Positions 41,650 through 55,928 of a stretch of 64,000 bases of DNA are shown in pieces. The DNA is from Eledone cirrhosa (Eukaryota): contig OZ024745.1 in the NCBI GenBank assembly GCA_964016885.1, forward strand, positions 79,794,001 through 79,858,000. The letters run 5' to 3'. The notes beneath the pieces were generated by a model that ran no database searches, was not told the origin of the DNA, and saw only the letters and a list, made by a program, of their open reading frames with translations. How positions within the stretch are numbered: position 1 is the stretch's first letter; each line of letters begins with the position of its first letter. A program made the translations under genes and the position numbers.

Positions 41650-41952
41650 TTTGAAGACTAAAATCCAAAGAGTGCTCGATAAGGATAAATATATATCAAA
41701 TATATAAGAACCGTAGAGCAAATATTTATTATATTTATTAAAATAACAGATTAAAGTTTAAGCAAAGAGTCGCTGCTTTCCCCCTTAACGGGATCTTCTG
41801 AAACTAACAAAGTCAATCTGTAAACGCACAAGTGGATATTTTTTTTGGAAATATCCACTTCTGCGTTTACAGATTGACTTTGTTAGTTTCAGAAGATCCC
41901 GTTAAGGGTGAAAGCACCGACTCTTTGCTTAAACTTTAATCTGTTATTTTAA

Positions 41953-41957
<5 letters not shown>
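41650..41957. mobile_element. Fold-back PLE-terminus element with two inverted variant HHRs
   Basis: Inverted repeat 41736-41955 centred near 41845. Core reads agttt-CAGAAGA-tcccgttaagggt-GAAAGCA...TGCTT-aaact. A related tail copy lies at about 50340-50418. Confidence 0.7.
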
Positions 41958-42026
<69 letters not shown>

Positions 42027-42167
42027 AAGGTTAAACAAGGTTCAATGAATAAATCAAAGAATAAAGTCTTACAATAGATTAGAAGCACTCCACAGTAATG
42101 GTTTTCCGGAGTTATTAATATTAATTCAAAATATTAACACAAATAGACATTCGTGTGATCAAGTATA

Positions 42168-42230
42168 TTTTATTATACATATTTCAGAGGTACTGGGCTA
42201 TCTTCAACAGTACGTCCTCATCAGATATAA
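42168..42230 (-). ncRNA. Minimal hammerhead ribozyme in a PLE terminus (about 42023-42330)
   Basis: tat-CTGATGA-ggacgtactg...cagtacctct-GAAA-tatgt-ATA-ata. Confidence 0.7.
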
Positions 42231-43948
42231 TATAGATCAGTTTTATAAATAAATATTGACATACCCTTAAAGAATGCAACCATTACTGTTGGAAGCTCCC
42301 GGATAGTGGAGTTATAACTTTAATTATATTATTAGGTAAGTTAGTATTGGATATTTTTAAATAAGCCGTTGGGTTACGGAGAAAGAGAAAGAGAGAGAAA
42401 GAGCAGAACAACAGAGAGAGAAAGATAGAGAGAGGAGACAGAGAAAAGAGAAAAGAGAAAAGAGAAAAGAGAAAAGAGAGAGAATGAAAAACTCTAAGTC
42501 ATATCTTGTTGAGTTATCTTAACATTTGAGATGAAATGAATAAATAAAATTAGAAATGTTAATAATCATGAATGGAATATACATATATAATATGAGAAAA
42601 TGTAACCATTGTTTAAATATGATTAGATGTTTAGTTAATCAGTTAAATATTGAGATCAATACATTAAAAATTGGGATCTATATATTAAGAAATCTATATA
42701 TTATTATTAAGACTATATTGTTAAAGATCTATATATTATATAACACGTATACACACGCAAAAATACATACATATAAATATATATACACACGTATAAAAAT
42801 ATATATACATATCTAACTACGTATACAATATATACATACAAAATATAAAGGATTCTTTAATTTAAGATATAGGAGTCTTATAAAATCAGAGAAGGAAAAT
42901 TACGTTATTTAGTTATATCAATGTTACAATTGTTAAGATATTAAAGGAAATTTTATGTTATACACACTTTATGTTATTAAACAAATTTTTTTAATATAAG
43001 TTTTATAAGATTACCTGTTATGTATTTATGGCTGTTATTATATGTCTATTTGTCACGAATCTTGGGATAATCCCTATAAATAAGTGCAATCGAATTGTAT
43101 GGATATACACGTACATATACATACACAATTCCCACATATACATACATATATGTACCCACACAAATATGTAGATACGCATCACGTATATATACACATACAG
43201 ATAGACATACACGCATAAAACATATGTACATGTATATCAATACACACATATACATATATATACACACATATAGAGAGAGAAGTATATAGTATAATTGAAG
43301 TACATAGTATAATTGAAGTACATAAAATACAAAAGAATTATATTACGATTTGGAAATATAATTATAAGCAATATAACTTTAAAAACAATATAACTTTAAA
43401 ATATTATAGAATATTTCAAATTATAATTTCAAAATAATAGTATGTTTAATAGATTTAGTATAGAAATTTTCTACGTATATTTAACTTAATTTTATATCCA
43501 TAAGAGAAATAAACAGAAACTTTCAAAAGATAAACATTCGAAAATAGGAGAAACTATCAAACAATAAAAAAATAAAATAAAATAAAAAATATTTTCTCCT
43601 TTTAAGAGCTTTTAGTATATTTCTCTAGAATAGTTTATTATATTTATTTATATTTAGGAAGAAAAGTTTTTTTTACTTGAGTGTATAATCAGTAAAAAAA
43701 GACGAAAGAATCTAATGATTTATCGACAGGTTCAATATATTAATAGAATTAATTAATTAATTATATATTACATTTTAAATTTATATTTAAACGTTGAGTT
43801 TAAACTATGTCTACATATATATGTAGGAGGTGAGTTTTATTGTAGTACAATAAAGCAATGCAGATATCGGATAATTAGCACTCTACAGTTTATAGGACTG
43901 GAGTATAAATAATATAAGATCAAAAGATGGTTAAAAGAGTTTCATGTA

Positions 43949-44015
43949 TTTTATTATGCGCATTTCAAAAACAAATATCATCCTGCGATGACATTTGCGT
44001 TTTCGTCAGATAAAA
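43949..44015 (-). ncRNA. Hammerhead ribozyme in the inverted pseudo-LTR (twin at 47427-47493, +)
   Basis: ttttat-CTGACGA-aaacgcaaatgtcatc...gatgatatttgttttt-GAAA-tgcgc-ATA-ataaaa. Palindromic stem III ATGCGCAT. Confidence 0.78.
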
Positions 44016-44379
44016 TAAGGAGACATGATATGAAGGTTAAAAAACACTTGTGAATAGTGCAGTTTTAAATCAACATATGAAAAGTAAGTTAAGATTGATG
44101 TGTGATATTGGGAAAAAAATGAGGGGAGGGGAGGGGCGGAAAGGATGAAAAAGAGGAGGAGATGAAAGTAAAGAATGGTGGGGGAGGAGTATAATAAGGA
44201 AGGATGAGATGGGAGGAGAGATGGGTGATAGAAAGAGAGAGATAGCCTTTATAACTGAGAAAAATATATTGTTTCACAGAGAGAGGTTAAAAAGCCGTTG
44301 GAAGATAATATATAATTTAAAAGAATTTGAAAATTGATGAAGAGAAAAAAAAAAAAAAAAGGATCACAAAAACAACTTT

Positions 44380-46185
44380 CGTACGGAACTACCTGTTAGA
44401 CTAATCGCCCCCCTCTAAATCAGATCTGGGGGTTGTTAGCAAAGCCATCTTGAATAGAATTATCCCACAGGTTCGTTCTAATTGCTCTACTTCTAACTTA
44501 AATTTATGGTTTGGTACATCTGAAGTAGTTGGCTGGTTCAAAAACTTGAATAAGAAAAACAATCAAAAATTTATTCAATTTGATATTGCCAGCTACTATT
44601 CTTCTATTTCGCCCTCACTTCTCAACAATGCTCTATCTTTCGCTTATAAATATTCAGTCATCACCACAGATGAACTTCACATCATTCTCACCGCACGTAA
44701 AACCATCTTAGAATTCAACAATGAATACTGGACTAGAGCTGATGCCTCCAACAACTTTGACATTACAATGGGTGCATCCGATTCATCCCAATTGACAGAT
44801 TTAATTGGTATCTTTATTTTGAACTCTTTGAATCGGAAAATTCCTCAACTTCGCGGTGGAATTTATCGGGACGATGGACTTTTTACTATCTTAAATTGCA
44901 ACATAGTTAACCTAATATTATTAAGAACAATATACGTGATCTCTTTAACCAACATAACTTAAAAATTGAATTTGATAACAACGTCAAACTAGTTAACTTC
45001 TTGGATATATCCCTTAATCTTGACACTGGCCTATATTACCCTTACCATAAAAACAATGAGAATCTAAATTATGTTAATTTTAAATCTAACCACACCACTA
45101 ACATTAAAAATGCTATAGTTAGTAATATTGGAAAAAGAATATCAAACCTATCATCTAATAAAAAATATCTTTAATGCTAACGCCAATTACTATAATAACG
45201 CGCTTTCTAAAGCCGGTTATCCTGATAAAATCAAATATAGTAAAGAAACCAATCCTAGAAGATCTTACAGTAAAATAATTAATTATGATCATTCCAATAA
45301 CTTTAATAAAAGACCTAAATACAAAAATATAATCTGGTATAATGCTCCTTTCTCCATCTCTATTAATAATAATATTCCTAAATTATTCTTTAATGCCCTA
45401 AATAAATGCTTCCCTCCCTCACATATCTATAGTAAAATATTTAACAAACATACTATAAAATTTTCCTATTCGACCTCCTCCAACATCTCCAACATTATCT
45501 CTAAACACAACAATAAAATATTAAATATAAATCACTTCCTTCCAACACTGAATGTCATAATAATAGCAGTAGTACTCCTGACGTCATTGTTAACTCTGGG
45601 CTAGTTTCTGCAAACCCAAATACGACGTCAAATGTAACTTCGTCAAATGTTCTTAATACCAATCTAAATCAGAAAACTATTATTCCTATCGTAAATAACT
45701 TCTCCAATCCAATTCCTCCTATAGATAACACTAGGTCACTTGTTAATAACTCTGTTAATTTCTCTAATCGCAATTGTAATTGCCCTGTTAAAAATAAATG
45801 TCTTCTTAACAACCATTGTCTTGAAAAAAACTTAATCTATGAATGTAAAGTTATAACTGACACCAATTCCTTTACCTATTTTGGCTCCACTTCCACCTCC
45901 TTTAAAGCCCGTCTTTATAATCACCATTCTTCTTTTAAATACCAACTTAAAAGAACCAACACAGCACTCTCAGAACTCATATGGTCCTTGAAAGACAAAA
46001 ATATTAACTATAACATCTCTTGGAGGAAAGTTTGTTCTGCCTCTCTATCCAAAACATGTAATCTTTGTTTATGTGAGAAATTTACCATTATATCTAATTT
46101 AGATTCTATAATAAATAGACGCACTGACTTATTTTCTCTCTGCTTGCATAAATTCCAGAGAACATTCCATAAAGTATACAGCTAA
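44380..46185 (+). pseudogene. Frameshifted PLE RT plus GIY-YIG ORF
   Basis: ORF pieces 44450-44962, 45128-45604 and 45988-46185, plus intervening frames. Confidence 0.82.
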
Positions 46186-47525
46186 TATCTAATACTTTAC
46201 CAGTTTAAAATACTTTTTCTCAAAGGCATATATATATATTTCTTTAAAAATATACCCATCTTTCTACCTTATTTCAATGTTATTTATTATACATTATATA
46301 ACACTAGTTACTCATTCTATATCATCCCTATTTATCAATTCCCTTTCTTCCTCTTTTCTTTTAATTTCTAACCTCTAATCTGTACTTTTTCTTCCTAGAT
46401 ACTTCTCAATTCTTATTATTACTCACCACAATATAACCACTCTTCCTTCTTCCTTCATATCATTGGCCATAAAACTTATTATTACCTTTTAAATACTTTA
46501 TAGTATTACCTTAAAAATCCTTCGTAAGCATAAACATTTTTTGACGTTAAATTATTCCTCCTCAATTCATTATATTTTTTTCTCCCTTTCATGCTTGTCT
46601 AACTTTTACATATTACATATCACAATACATAAAAACAAACTTAAACCCTAACTAATCTCCTTTATTACATTATATTATTACCATTAGGAAATACTTCATA
46701 AACATATATATTTTGTTGTTAGAGTCCTCTCTTCCTTAAATACTATTTTCTTCTTTGCTTTCTGCGCTCATTTGTAAACAAACTATTTACATATATTACG
46801 CATACATATAACATTACATAAAAACAAACTTAAACACTAACTAATTCCTCTAAATTCATAATTCATCCACTCTTCTACTTCTTTTCACATTATATCCTTA
46901 ATAACATTAATATTTTAATTTGAATAATACATATTAACAATTTCTTTTCATCGCACATATTATTAAACCCTTCAATATACAAACCTTAATTTAATATTAT
47001 TCTTAATACATATTAACAATTTCTTTTCATCGCACATATTATTAAATATACAAACCTTAATTTAACATTATTCTTAATTTTTTTCTCTTTATTCATTTTT
47101 TTTTTCTCTTCATCAATTTTAAAATTCTTTTAAATTATATATTATCTTCCAACTGCTTTTTAACCTCTCTCTGTGAAACAATATATTTTTCTCAATTATA
47201 AAGGCTATCTATCTCTTTCTATCACCCATCTCTCCTCCTATCTCATCCTTCCTTATTATACTCCTCCCCCACCATTCTTTACTCTCACCTCCTCCTCTTT
47301 TTCATCCTTTCCACCCCCCTCATTTTTTTCCCAATATCACACATCAATCTTAACTTACTTTTCATATGTTGATTTAAAACTGCACTATTCACAAGTGTTT
47401 TTTAACCTTCATATCATGTCTCCCTATTTTATCTGACGAAAACGCAAATGTCATCGCATGATGATATTTGTTTTTGAAATGAGCATAATAAAATACATGG
47501 AACTATTTTAACCATCTTTTGTTCT

Positions 47526-47631
<106 letters not shown>

Positions 47632-47907
47632 GGTAAACAGAAATAACAACACAATCGGTACAGTATATGGAGGTATATATTAGGTTAATGCTTGATATAG
47701 CAGGAAGAGGGTCTTAACGGGCGGAATGGAATTGGAAAACATGTTTTAGATAAAAATAATTGACATCTCTTGCAAAACTGTTGGTGCTGGCGTTTTGTGT
47801 ATGATTTGTTTTTTAGAAAAGTGGATGATGGCGCGCGTCTACCTGAATTGGAAAAAAAACTGTTTTGTAAAAAGAGCTATACTTGAGCACGTGCGTAAGC
47901 ATGAGTG

Positions 47908-47977
<70 letters not shown>

Positions 47978-48207
47978 GAAGTATTTCCGTCGGAAATGTA
48001 CAGGAAAAAAGAGTGACAATTCATAAACGTATGTTTCCAGTTCCTCAGAAGAATAACAACACAACCAGGAGCTGGACACATCGATGGACATATCGATGTA
48101 TAGACTTCAACATGTGTGCCTGCCTTTCCCACTCGAATTCGGACTGCCTGAAGAGGTCACAGCCAATGATGGCTGTCATCGAAATATATATAGCAGTATA
48201 TCTATAA

Positions 48208-49511
48208 TCTACTTATATATATAACCAGCAATTTCTCTGTCTGTCTGTCCGACAGTGGAAACACGTGCGTAGAGAGAGAGTGAGAGTGAAAGAAAGAGAC
48301 AGACTAGGAGAGGGGGATAGCGGGAGGGAGAGAGGGAGAGAGAGAGAGAGTGAATAGACGCTAAAACACGTGTTACAGAAATATTACCTTCTCCTTCCTT
48401 TATAGAAACATTACCTTCCTCTCTGACTTTGGTCACTGAGGCCGAGGGAATCGCTGGTTGCTATAGAGACACCTTGCACAAGCCAGAAGTAACCAGTTCG
48501 AGGCGGTTCTGACTTGACACCATGCGAAGAAGGTTGCCATTGAATTTGTGGTTGTTGCTGCTGATAATAAGGACCATTTGAAGAAGGTTGCTGCTGATGA
48601 GGTAATTTATTAATCAGATTGCGCAGTTCCATAACCTACGTTTGATTTGTTCAATTTTTTTCTTCAATGTTTTTTGTTGTTTTTTTTTATTTCTTATTGA
48701 AAAAATATAAATAATAAAATAAGATTAGAAATTTAAATACAATTAAATACGATTTAATTTCCATTTCCAGCAGCCAATGTCCAGTGTTCAATTTCATGAA
48801 AAAATTGGAAATAATTAAAAAAATTGAAGTTTAACTTTTGAACATTTGTTTTGACAATAAAAAAATATTTCCTTATTCACACCTAATGGTATGATTAAAA
48901 TTTCATAGGAATATTTTTTTCTAACCGCCAGTTATTTATTTTCTCCTTTTTCGTTTTAACATATATTTATTTCAAAGATTTCACCGTATAGATAACATAT
49001 ATATTTATACATGCATAAAAGACACACCGAGAGACGGTGAACATGTGGTGCCGAAAACATTTCTCATCCAAATCTCAACAATATCAGTATATACACTAGA
49101 TTTGCTAGCAGAAAACCGCCCACCGGGTGGTTTTCTGCTAGTCTATATATATAAAACAGAGGATGTCTGTCTGTGTGTCTGTTTCCCTAAAACTCGAGAA
49201 GTACCCATCTGTTTTTTTTAAACTTTACACATGTAACCCGTATGGCCCCGGAAGTGTTTTGAGGAAATAAAATTTCAAATTATTCTGACCTAGGGATCGA
49301 ATTAGTGAAGTGGCCAATGTCTGTACATAATGAGGGCGTGAGAGGGGAGAGAAAGAAACGGAGAGGCGAAGTGAAGAAGTGGCTCTCTACTCCTCCCCCT
49401 CCTTCTCCCCATTCGTCACAGCGTTTTTCGATAGAAGGGAGAATTGTGAACGAGTTACAGAGAGAAAGGGTGAGAGTGAAAGAAACAAACAGACTAAAAG
49501 AGGGGGATAGC

Positions 49512-49547
<36 letters not shown>

Positions 49548-50447
49548 CAGACGCCGACTTTTGAGAGTTGTATGCGTCAAAGATACATGACAGTGGAATA
49601 ACTATTGCGTGTGTGTGTACGTGCGCGCGTGTGTGTGTGTGAGTTTGTGTGCGTTTGCATGCGTGAGTGTGTATGTGTGCGTGAGTGATTATAAACTCTC
49701 TCACATGGTCTGATGGAATTAACCCTTTAGCATTTACATTACTCTATATATACTATATTATTTTCATGGTAAAGGCTTTATCTCACATAATATAAAAATC
49801 TCATAGATTTAATATTATTTATTTTGAGAACAATACTTTAACCCTTTAGTATTAATGTGAGTGAGTTATAAAGAGAAAGAGTGAGAGTGAAAGAAACAGA
49901 CAGACTAAAAGAGGGGGATAGCGGGAGAGAGAGAGAGAGACGCTGGAAGAGGGAAAGGAAAGCTATCTGCATTACGATACATATATATATACACACACAC
50001 ACTGATCGCGTCATAATGACGTAATGCAGACAGATATTATAAGGGCGCAACGTTATATCTATGTATCTATCTAAAAAGAAAGACTAAGAATTATAGAGAG
50101 AGATCGCTAAATCGCCTAATGCGGTCCCTAGGGCATTGAGAATTTGAAATATTTTTTGCTCAAAACACTCACAGGACCATGAGTATTACATGTGTAAAGT
50201 TTGAAAACAATCGGTTGGGTGGTTCTCACGTTTTAGTGAGCTGACAGACAAACAGATAGACATTCTCTGTTTTAGATATATAGATATATATATATAATTA
50301 TATATTTGTGTACAGATAGTTTTGCATACACAATAACAAAATATAAATAAACCTATTTATTTCACGAGACTCAATAAGGATAAATATATATCAAATATAT
50401 AAGAACCCTAGAGCAAATCCCGAGTAACGCCGGGCCATTTTGCTAGT
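48208..50447. mobile_element. Cluster of non-autonomous Helitron termini
   Basis: 5' ends TCTA(C/T)..ATATATAA..(TCTG)n at 48208 and 49142, and inverted at about 50285. 3' ends are a GC-rich hairpin plus CTAG at 49141 and 50418-50446 (cccgagtaacgccggg...gctagt). Confidence 0.7.
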
Positions 50448-50586
50448 TTATAATAAACGAAGCCAAATTTTACATATTTGACTTAATTATTTTACATTAC
50501 TCCGGAGTAAACAAACCAACCTGATTACTTCGTCGAGTGCTCCAATCTGCATACTGAGGTGTCGGTAAACAACCACCATATACTCA

Positions 50587-50643
<57 letters not shown>

Positions 50644-50829
50644 CATATATATATATATATGTATATATATACACATATATATATATGTATATTTCTATAA
50701 TATGAAGAGGGTGTTTAACTCCAACACACTCTAGTATTTTAATTCTTATATATGTATATATATATATATATACACATATATATATATGTATATATATATA
50801 TACATATATATATGTATATATATATACAC

Positions 50830-50937
<108 letters not shown>

Positions 50938-51217
50938 ATTTGTATATACATACTTGCATATATACATATATTATCCGATCTCTAACGACTGCACTAATCC
51001 ACCACCATATCCATCAACAATCATAATAATGCGCGACACACTCGAGGCCACCGATACAGTAATGTATCACCATCAAGACTGCAACTGAGCATCAATAATA
51101 ATATATTTCTGTATTACTTAACATTTAGTAAACGTTTTTGTAGTTATTCTTATTAAAACTTCGTTTTTGTTTTCTCTTTGTTTTGCGAGATTCGTGATGT
51201 TAAATCGTTGAAAGAGA

Positions 51218-51493
51218 TATTTAGTAGAAATAGAAGCTTTCGCCGTATTTTTGACTAAAGAAATTTAGCCTGATAGTGGCTTTTAAAACTCTCTGAATGT
51301 AAAAGGATGAGTATTGACGAACCCACATCTTTGGTTATCCAGACCAATGTGCTACCATTACACCAAAGATGTGGGTTCGACTGCCATGTATGTCAACACT
51401 CATCCTTTTCCATTCAGAGGATTTTAAACCCCACTATTAGGTTAAATTTCTTTAGTCAAAATACGGCGAAAGTTTCGATTTCTACTAAATTTC
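51218..51493. repeat. Imperfect inverted repeat with a tRNA-like head at its centre
   Basis: Arms 51218-51335 and 51360-51493. The minus strand centre reads TGGTGTAATGGTAGCAC...GTGGGTTCG. Confidence 0.7.
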
Positions 51494-52515
51494 AAACTTC
51501 GCTCGCCGTCTTCAAAACAAATGTTTGTTCAGATATTGTTATACCTTTGGAGGACCATGCTACCCAAAAAAAAACCATGTATTTTATTGGCAGCATGATC
51601 CTCCCAAAGTATAACAATATAAATATAAATATTTCTATTTCTATTTCCTCGTGGATTTTACATGGGTATTGTTTACATAGGATTGTATTATGTATTTTTG
51701 CGGGGGAGGGGGATAATTATTGATAATTTCTATTGATGTTGCAAGATATTGTTGTTGTTATTTTATTGTCTTTAGATTTTTGTTTTTGTTTGGTTGGTTA
51801 GCTTTGCCGGAAACATATTTTCGTGCTAAAAACGTTAACGATAGCCACGCAAAGTGACATATTGTTTGATTGGAGAGGAATAGCTATCCACAAATGAAAA
51901 AAATGTTTCTTGCAGAAAAAAAGATTGATAAATCTTGTTCCGTTCAGTGAAGATTACTGTTTTAATTTTTAAGGATAGGTTTTTAGGTGAAAAATATATT
52001 TAATGTTAAGAACATGAAATTGCTAAACTATATATATATATATATATAATTACATAATAATAAATAACACAATATAATTATTCCTTCACGAAAGGTTTCA
52101 GGAAACTAGACGACCCTTACAGAAACGTCCGGCTGGTTCATGAGATGGGATAGTTATGTTTTGGATATAAGCCTTTTCACTATATATATAATAATAATAA
52201 TGATTTCTTTATTGGCCACAAGGGCTGACATCAAGACAAACATTACAGACGGCACAGGACGGTACAGGACGGTACGATGTGGGTTTTGTACGTGTAAATA
52301 TTTTTATTATTTATATAAGAAAAGAAAAAAAAGGACATAGAAACATATATATATATATATATAAACAATAAAAATGAAAATTGAAACAATGAAAAATTCC
52401 CGAAACCTCCGAGGGTTACTCGTGGCGAAAACCACACAAAAGACCACGGCCACCCTGACCACCAAGGCAAGCGCCTTCTCTCAATTTTTCCATCTCTCAA
52501 ACTACAGACGTATAT

Positions 52516-55500
52516 TCAGAGGTTCACTCGGACCATTCTCGCTACATTCACCCACCTTTCAACAAACTTGCTAGAAAGCAGCACTTGCCTCTCCACCCTG
52601 ATTTTCCTCTTCAAGTGAAACTTGAAAAAGTTAATTAGGGATTCGCCGAAGAGGAAAGTGTCTGTCTTTAACCCTTTTAACCTTGTCCACCACACAATCT
52701 CTTTCACCATGGCCATCAGGCAGATGAAAACCGCCTGCCCTTCCTCCTCGAAGGAAGACGGCGAGACCATCTGCACAATTGACTCATTCGACAACCGGAT
52801 CAGTCCCACACGCGACAGCAACTGTTCGACATAGCTCCACAAGTCAGCAATGCTCGGGCGCTGAACAAGTGCGTGCACAACGGTTTCGTCGTCTGAGCGC
52901 ATCTCGGACAGGCTCGGCTGACGGCACTTCCGTGCCTGTAGAGCTTATCTCGAACCGGCAGCGCTCCCCGGTAGCACTGCCAGGCCAGGGATTTTTGGAA
53001 GTTATCCATAGGCCCCGGGATGAAAGTTCTCCGGAAGAGAGCAAACAGCTGATCTTCGTCGACGCCCAGGATCTCTCCGAGAATGTCGTCGCTCTTCCCC
53101 TCCACTAGTCCTCTATAGAATGCCGAGGTGGATGTTCCACCGATACTGGAGCCCAGCTGGGAGAGGGCAGTGAGCGTCTGGAGACATTCCAGTTTCCAAG
53201 CGCTATCCCTCGGTCTTTTTCTGACCCAGGACTGCAGCTCCGTCAAGGAGACGAGCTGTGGGAAAACGTGCCTGGCGAACAGCAACCACACCCGTTCACC
53301 ATTAAGGAAGCACCAGAGAAGTCGCAGCCTCAGCGCATGTTTGCGCATCATCAGCCATGGCATGCCCAGTCCTCCACGCAACGGGTGTTGACAGCAGATG
53401 GATCGTCTGACCATGGGAGCGCGTCCCTTCCACAAAAAGCGCTCCATTTTGGTGAGAATTGGGCTGGAGCAAGGGATGACGGTGAGGCGGTAGCAGATGA
53501 CGGATGCGATGAACGCATTCGCCACCTCCGCCCGGCTTTTCAGGGACAGCTTCCTCTCAGCCCATTTCTGGGTGAGGGAGGCTACCCTGCTCGTCACCTC
53601 GTTCCAGTTTTTCTCCATCTGGAGATCCGGTCCGAACCAGACCCCGAGCAATTTAACCGGTCCGTCCGTCCAACGCCCCACGACACTGTCGGTCGGCATG
53701 GACTTGCCTCTCCAGGTGCCGAGCTGCAAGCCCACCGACTTTTCCTGGTTTATCTTTGCTCCTGTCACCGCTTCATATTCCTTGAGAGCGGTGCCGAGCA
53801 TCTGGACGTGTCTGGTGCTCGACACTGGCGGACTGAGCGCATGATGCTTAACGGCTGCGACAGGTGACCGTTCACCCTCACAACTGAGCAGATGTCGCTG
53901 TACATAGCTGCGATCCAACCCCTGAAAACGGGCCCGAAACCCGCTACCTCGAGGACCGCCGCCAGGTACCGATGGTCGACCCTATCGAGTGCTTTGGTTG
54001 ATCCAAGTTGATCAGGGCCCCACCCTTGCCAGGTTCCTTAACTGCCCTCTCTATGATGTATCACATGAGGTGGAGGTTGTCGTGTATGGATCTGTCCGGA
54101 ATGGCGCATGTCTGCGCCTCTCCCACCAGACCCTTGACGACAAGCGCCAACCTCGTTGCTAACACCTTGGCCAAAATCTTGAACTCTGCGTTTAGCAGAG
54201 TTATGGGCCTGAAGTTATCGATAACATCCCCCTTGTTCGGGTCTTTTCTCAGCAGCGCCACCGCTCCCTGGCTCACAAAACTGGGAATGCTCCCGTTCTG
54301 CTGCCAGTTGCAGTAGACGTCTGCCAAGAGGTCACCGAACAAGCCTGGCATAAATGCATAAAGCTCGTAGGGCAGACCATCTAAACCTGGCGATTTACCC
54401 CTTGTGCAGTTAGCCATCGCTTCCCGTATTTCACCGGCTGTTATTGGCTTTTCGCAACACTGTGCTGCGGTCGTTGAGAGCCGAGGCAGTCCGTCGAGGT
54501 ATGCACTGAAGTCCATGCCCAGATCCGGGCCGCCGCCGCTCCCGAACAGTTCAGCAAAGTGCTGCTGAAAAGCTTCACACATCCGCTCAGGTTCGAGCAT
54601 CACGCACCCGTTTTGGTCAGACAAATACCGAATTGTGGCTTTGTTGCCACGTCGCGCCTCTGGCACCCGGGCCCATTAGACGGCTTTTGTCCCCTCGTGT
54701 TTCAAAGCACGCGCTCTAGCTCTGACAACGCAGCCTTCGTGTTTTGCGTTGAAGAATTGGTCGAGTGCTAATCTCGCCGCAAGCACGTCGGTTGCGATGC
54801 CTGTCCTAAATGCCTCTTCTAACTTTCTGACTAGCTCTCCTTCTACTCTATTTTCCTCTATCACTACTCCTTTGCTAAACCTAATCGACTCTACTTTAAT
54901 TGCCCTTTTCAGGGCGAACCACCACCTGTTGTTGACGACCGCTCCCGTCAACGCCCGCTTAACTAATACGCTAATCCGGTCTCTGTAGGCTTTGCGCGCA
55001 GGGAAAGACGCGTTCAGCTTCCAGTAACCAGGCCCTTGTCTATGAAGTCTGTCTATGTCGATCTCACAGATCACAAATTTGTGGTCTGTGTAGTCGACTA
55101 TTTTAAATTGTGGACAACTTATACTAGCCTTATCTAGTTCTCTGCAGAATACCCTATCTAGATACGATCTGGATGACTCGATGCGGTTTGTCCATGTCCA
55201 CATTGGCACATTCGGGTGATCCAGTCGATACCTGTCAGACAGTTCAAAACGTCTGAGCAGGTTGGTGAGGCTCTTGCACCCTCCTCCCCTATCCATTAGC
55301 CCCACACGATCCCAGCGTGCATCCAAGATACCGTTCCAGTCGCCCACTAACACTAAAGAGCGGGACGTTCCAAGAAAGGTCTCTAGACGTCTGAAGAAAT
55401 CTGGCCGTCCTGCCCCTGTTGGGGCGTAGACGGCTACTAGCCTGAAAGCATTGCCTTCGCTGCCGGTCACGTCCAGCACCACCGACTTACCTTCTGGGTC

Positions 55501-55762
55501 TAGGAAGATGGCTCGTATCGCGAGATCCAAGCCTCTCCGAAAAAGGACGGCAACCCCTCCCCCCGATCCTGGACGGCTGGGAGATGCGTATACATCGTAG
55601 CCGCCGAAGATCGGTGCGAAGGCTTGTGCTTCGGAGATTCTGGTCTCGTTGATGGCCACCACATCTATGTTTAGTGACCTGAGGTCATTGAGCAGGTGAC
55701 CCTGCTTCCAAGATGACCCCAGGCCACGTGCATTTATACTGCCTATTCTGAGTACAGCCATG
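52516..55762 (-). pseudogene. Tx1-like ORF2 (APE endonuclease plus RT), broken
   Basis: SINARGL, VVAINETR, GDWNG, YLDR, TDHK, KSPGLDGLPYE, NFRPITLLN. The QG/YADD region is deleted near 53800-53900. Confidence 0.88.
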
Positions 55763-55928
55763 TTGGATGAGAAACGGGGCAAATGAGAAAGGGTCACTTA
55801 CTTTGTTCGTGTGGTGAAGGGACAGTAGAACCGTCCCTTTTGCTGGTCATGGGTGTTTCCAAGAGGATGTCAGTGTATATCCTCTTGGTAACCGATCCTC
55901 TGAAGTCTCCAACTGCGTTGGGGAATTT

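Noticed and set aside
45770-46185. Selenocysteine recoding in the Naiad-like endonuclease
   Set aside because: The conserved Cys positions read TGT/TGC, not in-frame TGA.
49719-49855. piggyBac-like TTAACCCTTT termini
   Set aside because: Two same-orientation motifs with no clean matching inverted end.
51325-51380. Functional tRNA-Gln gene
   Set aside because: No acceptor stem or canonical anticodon loop; only a tRNA-derived head.
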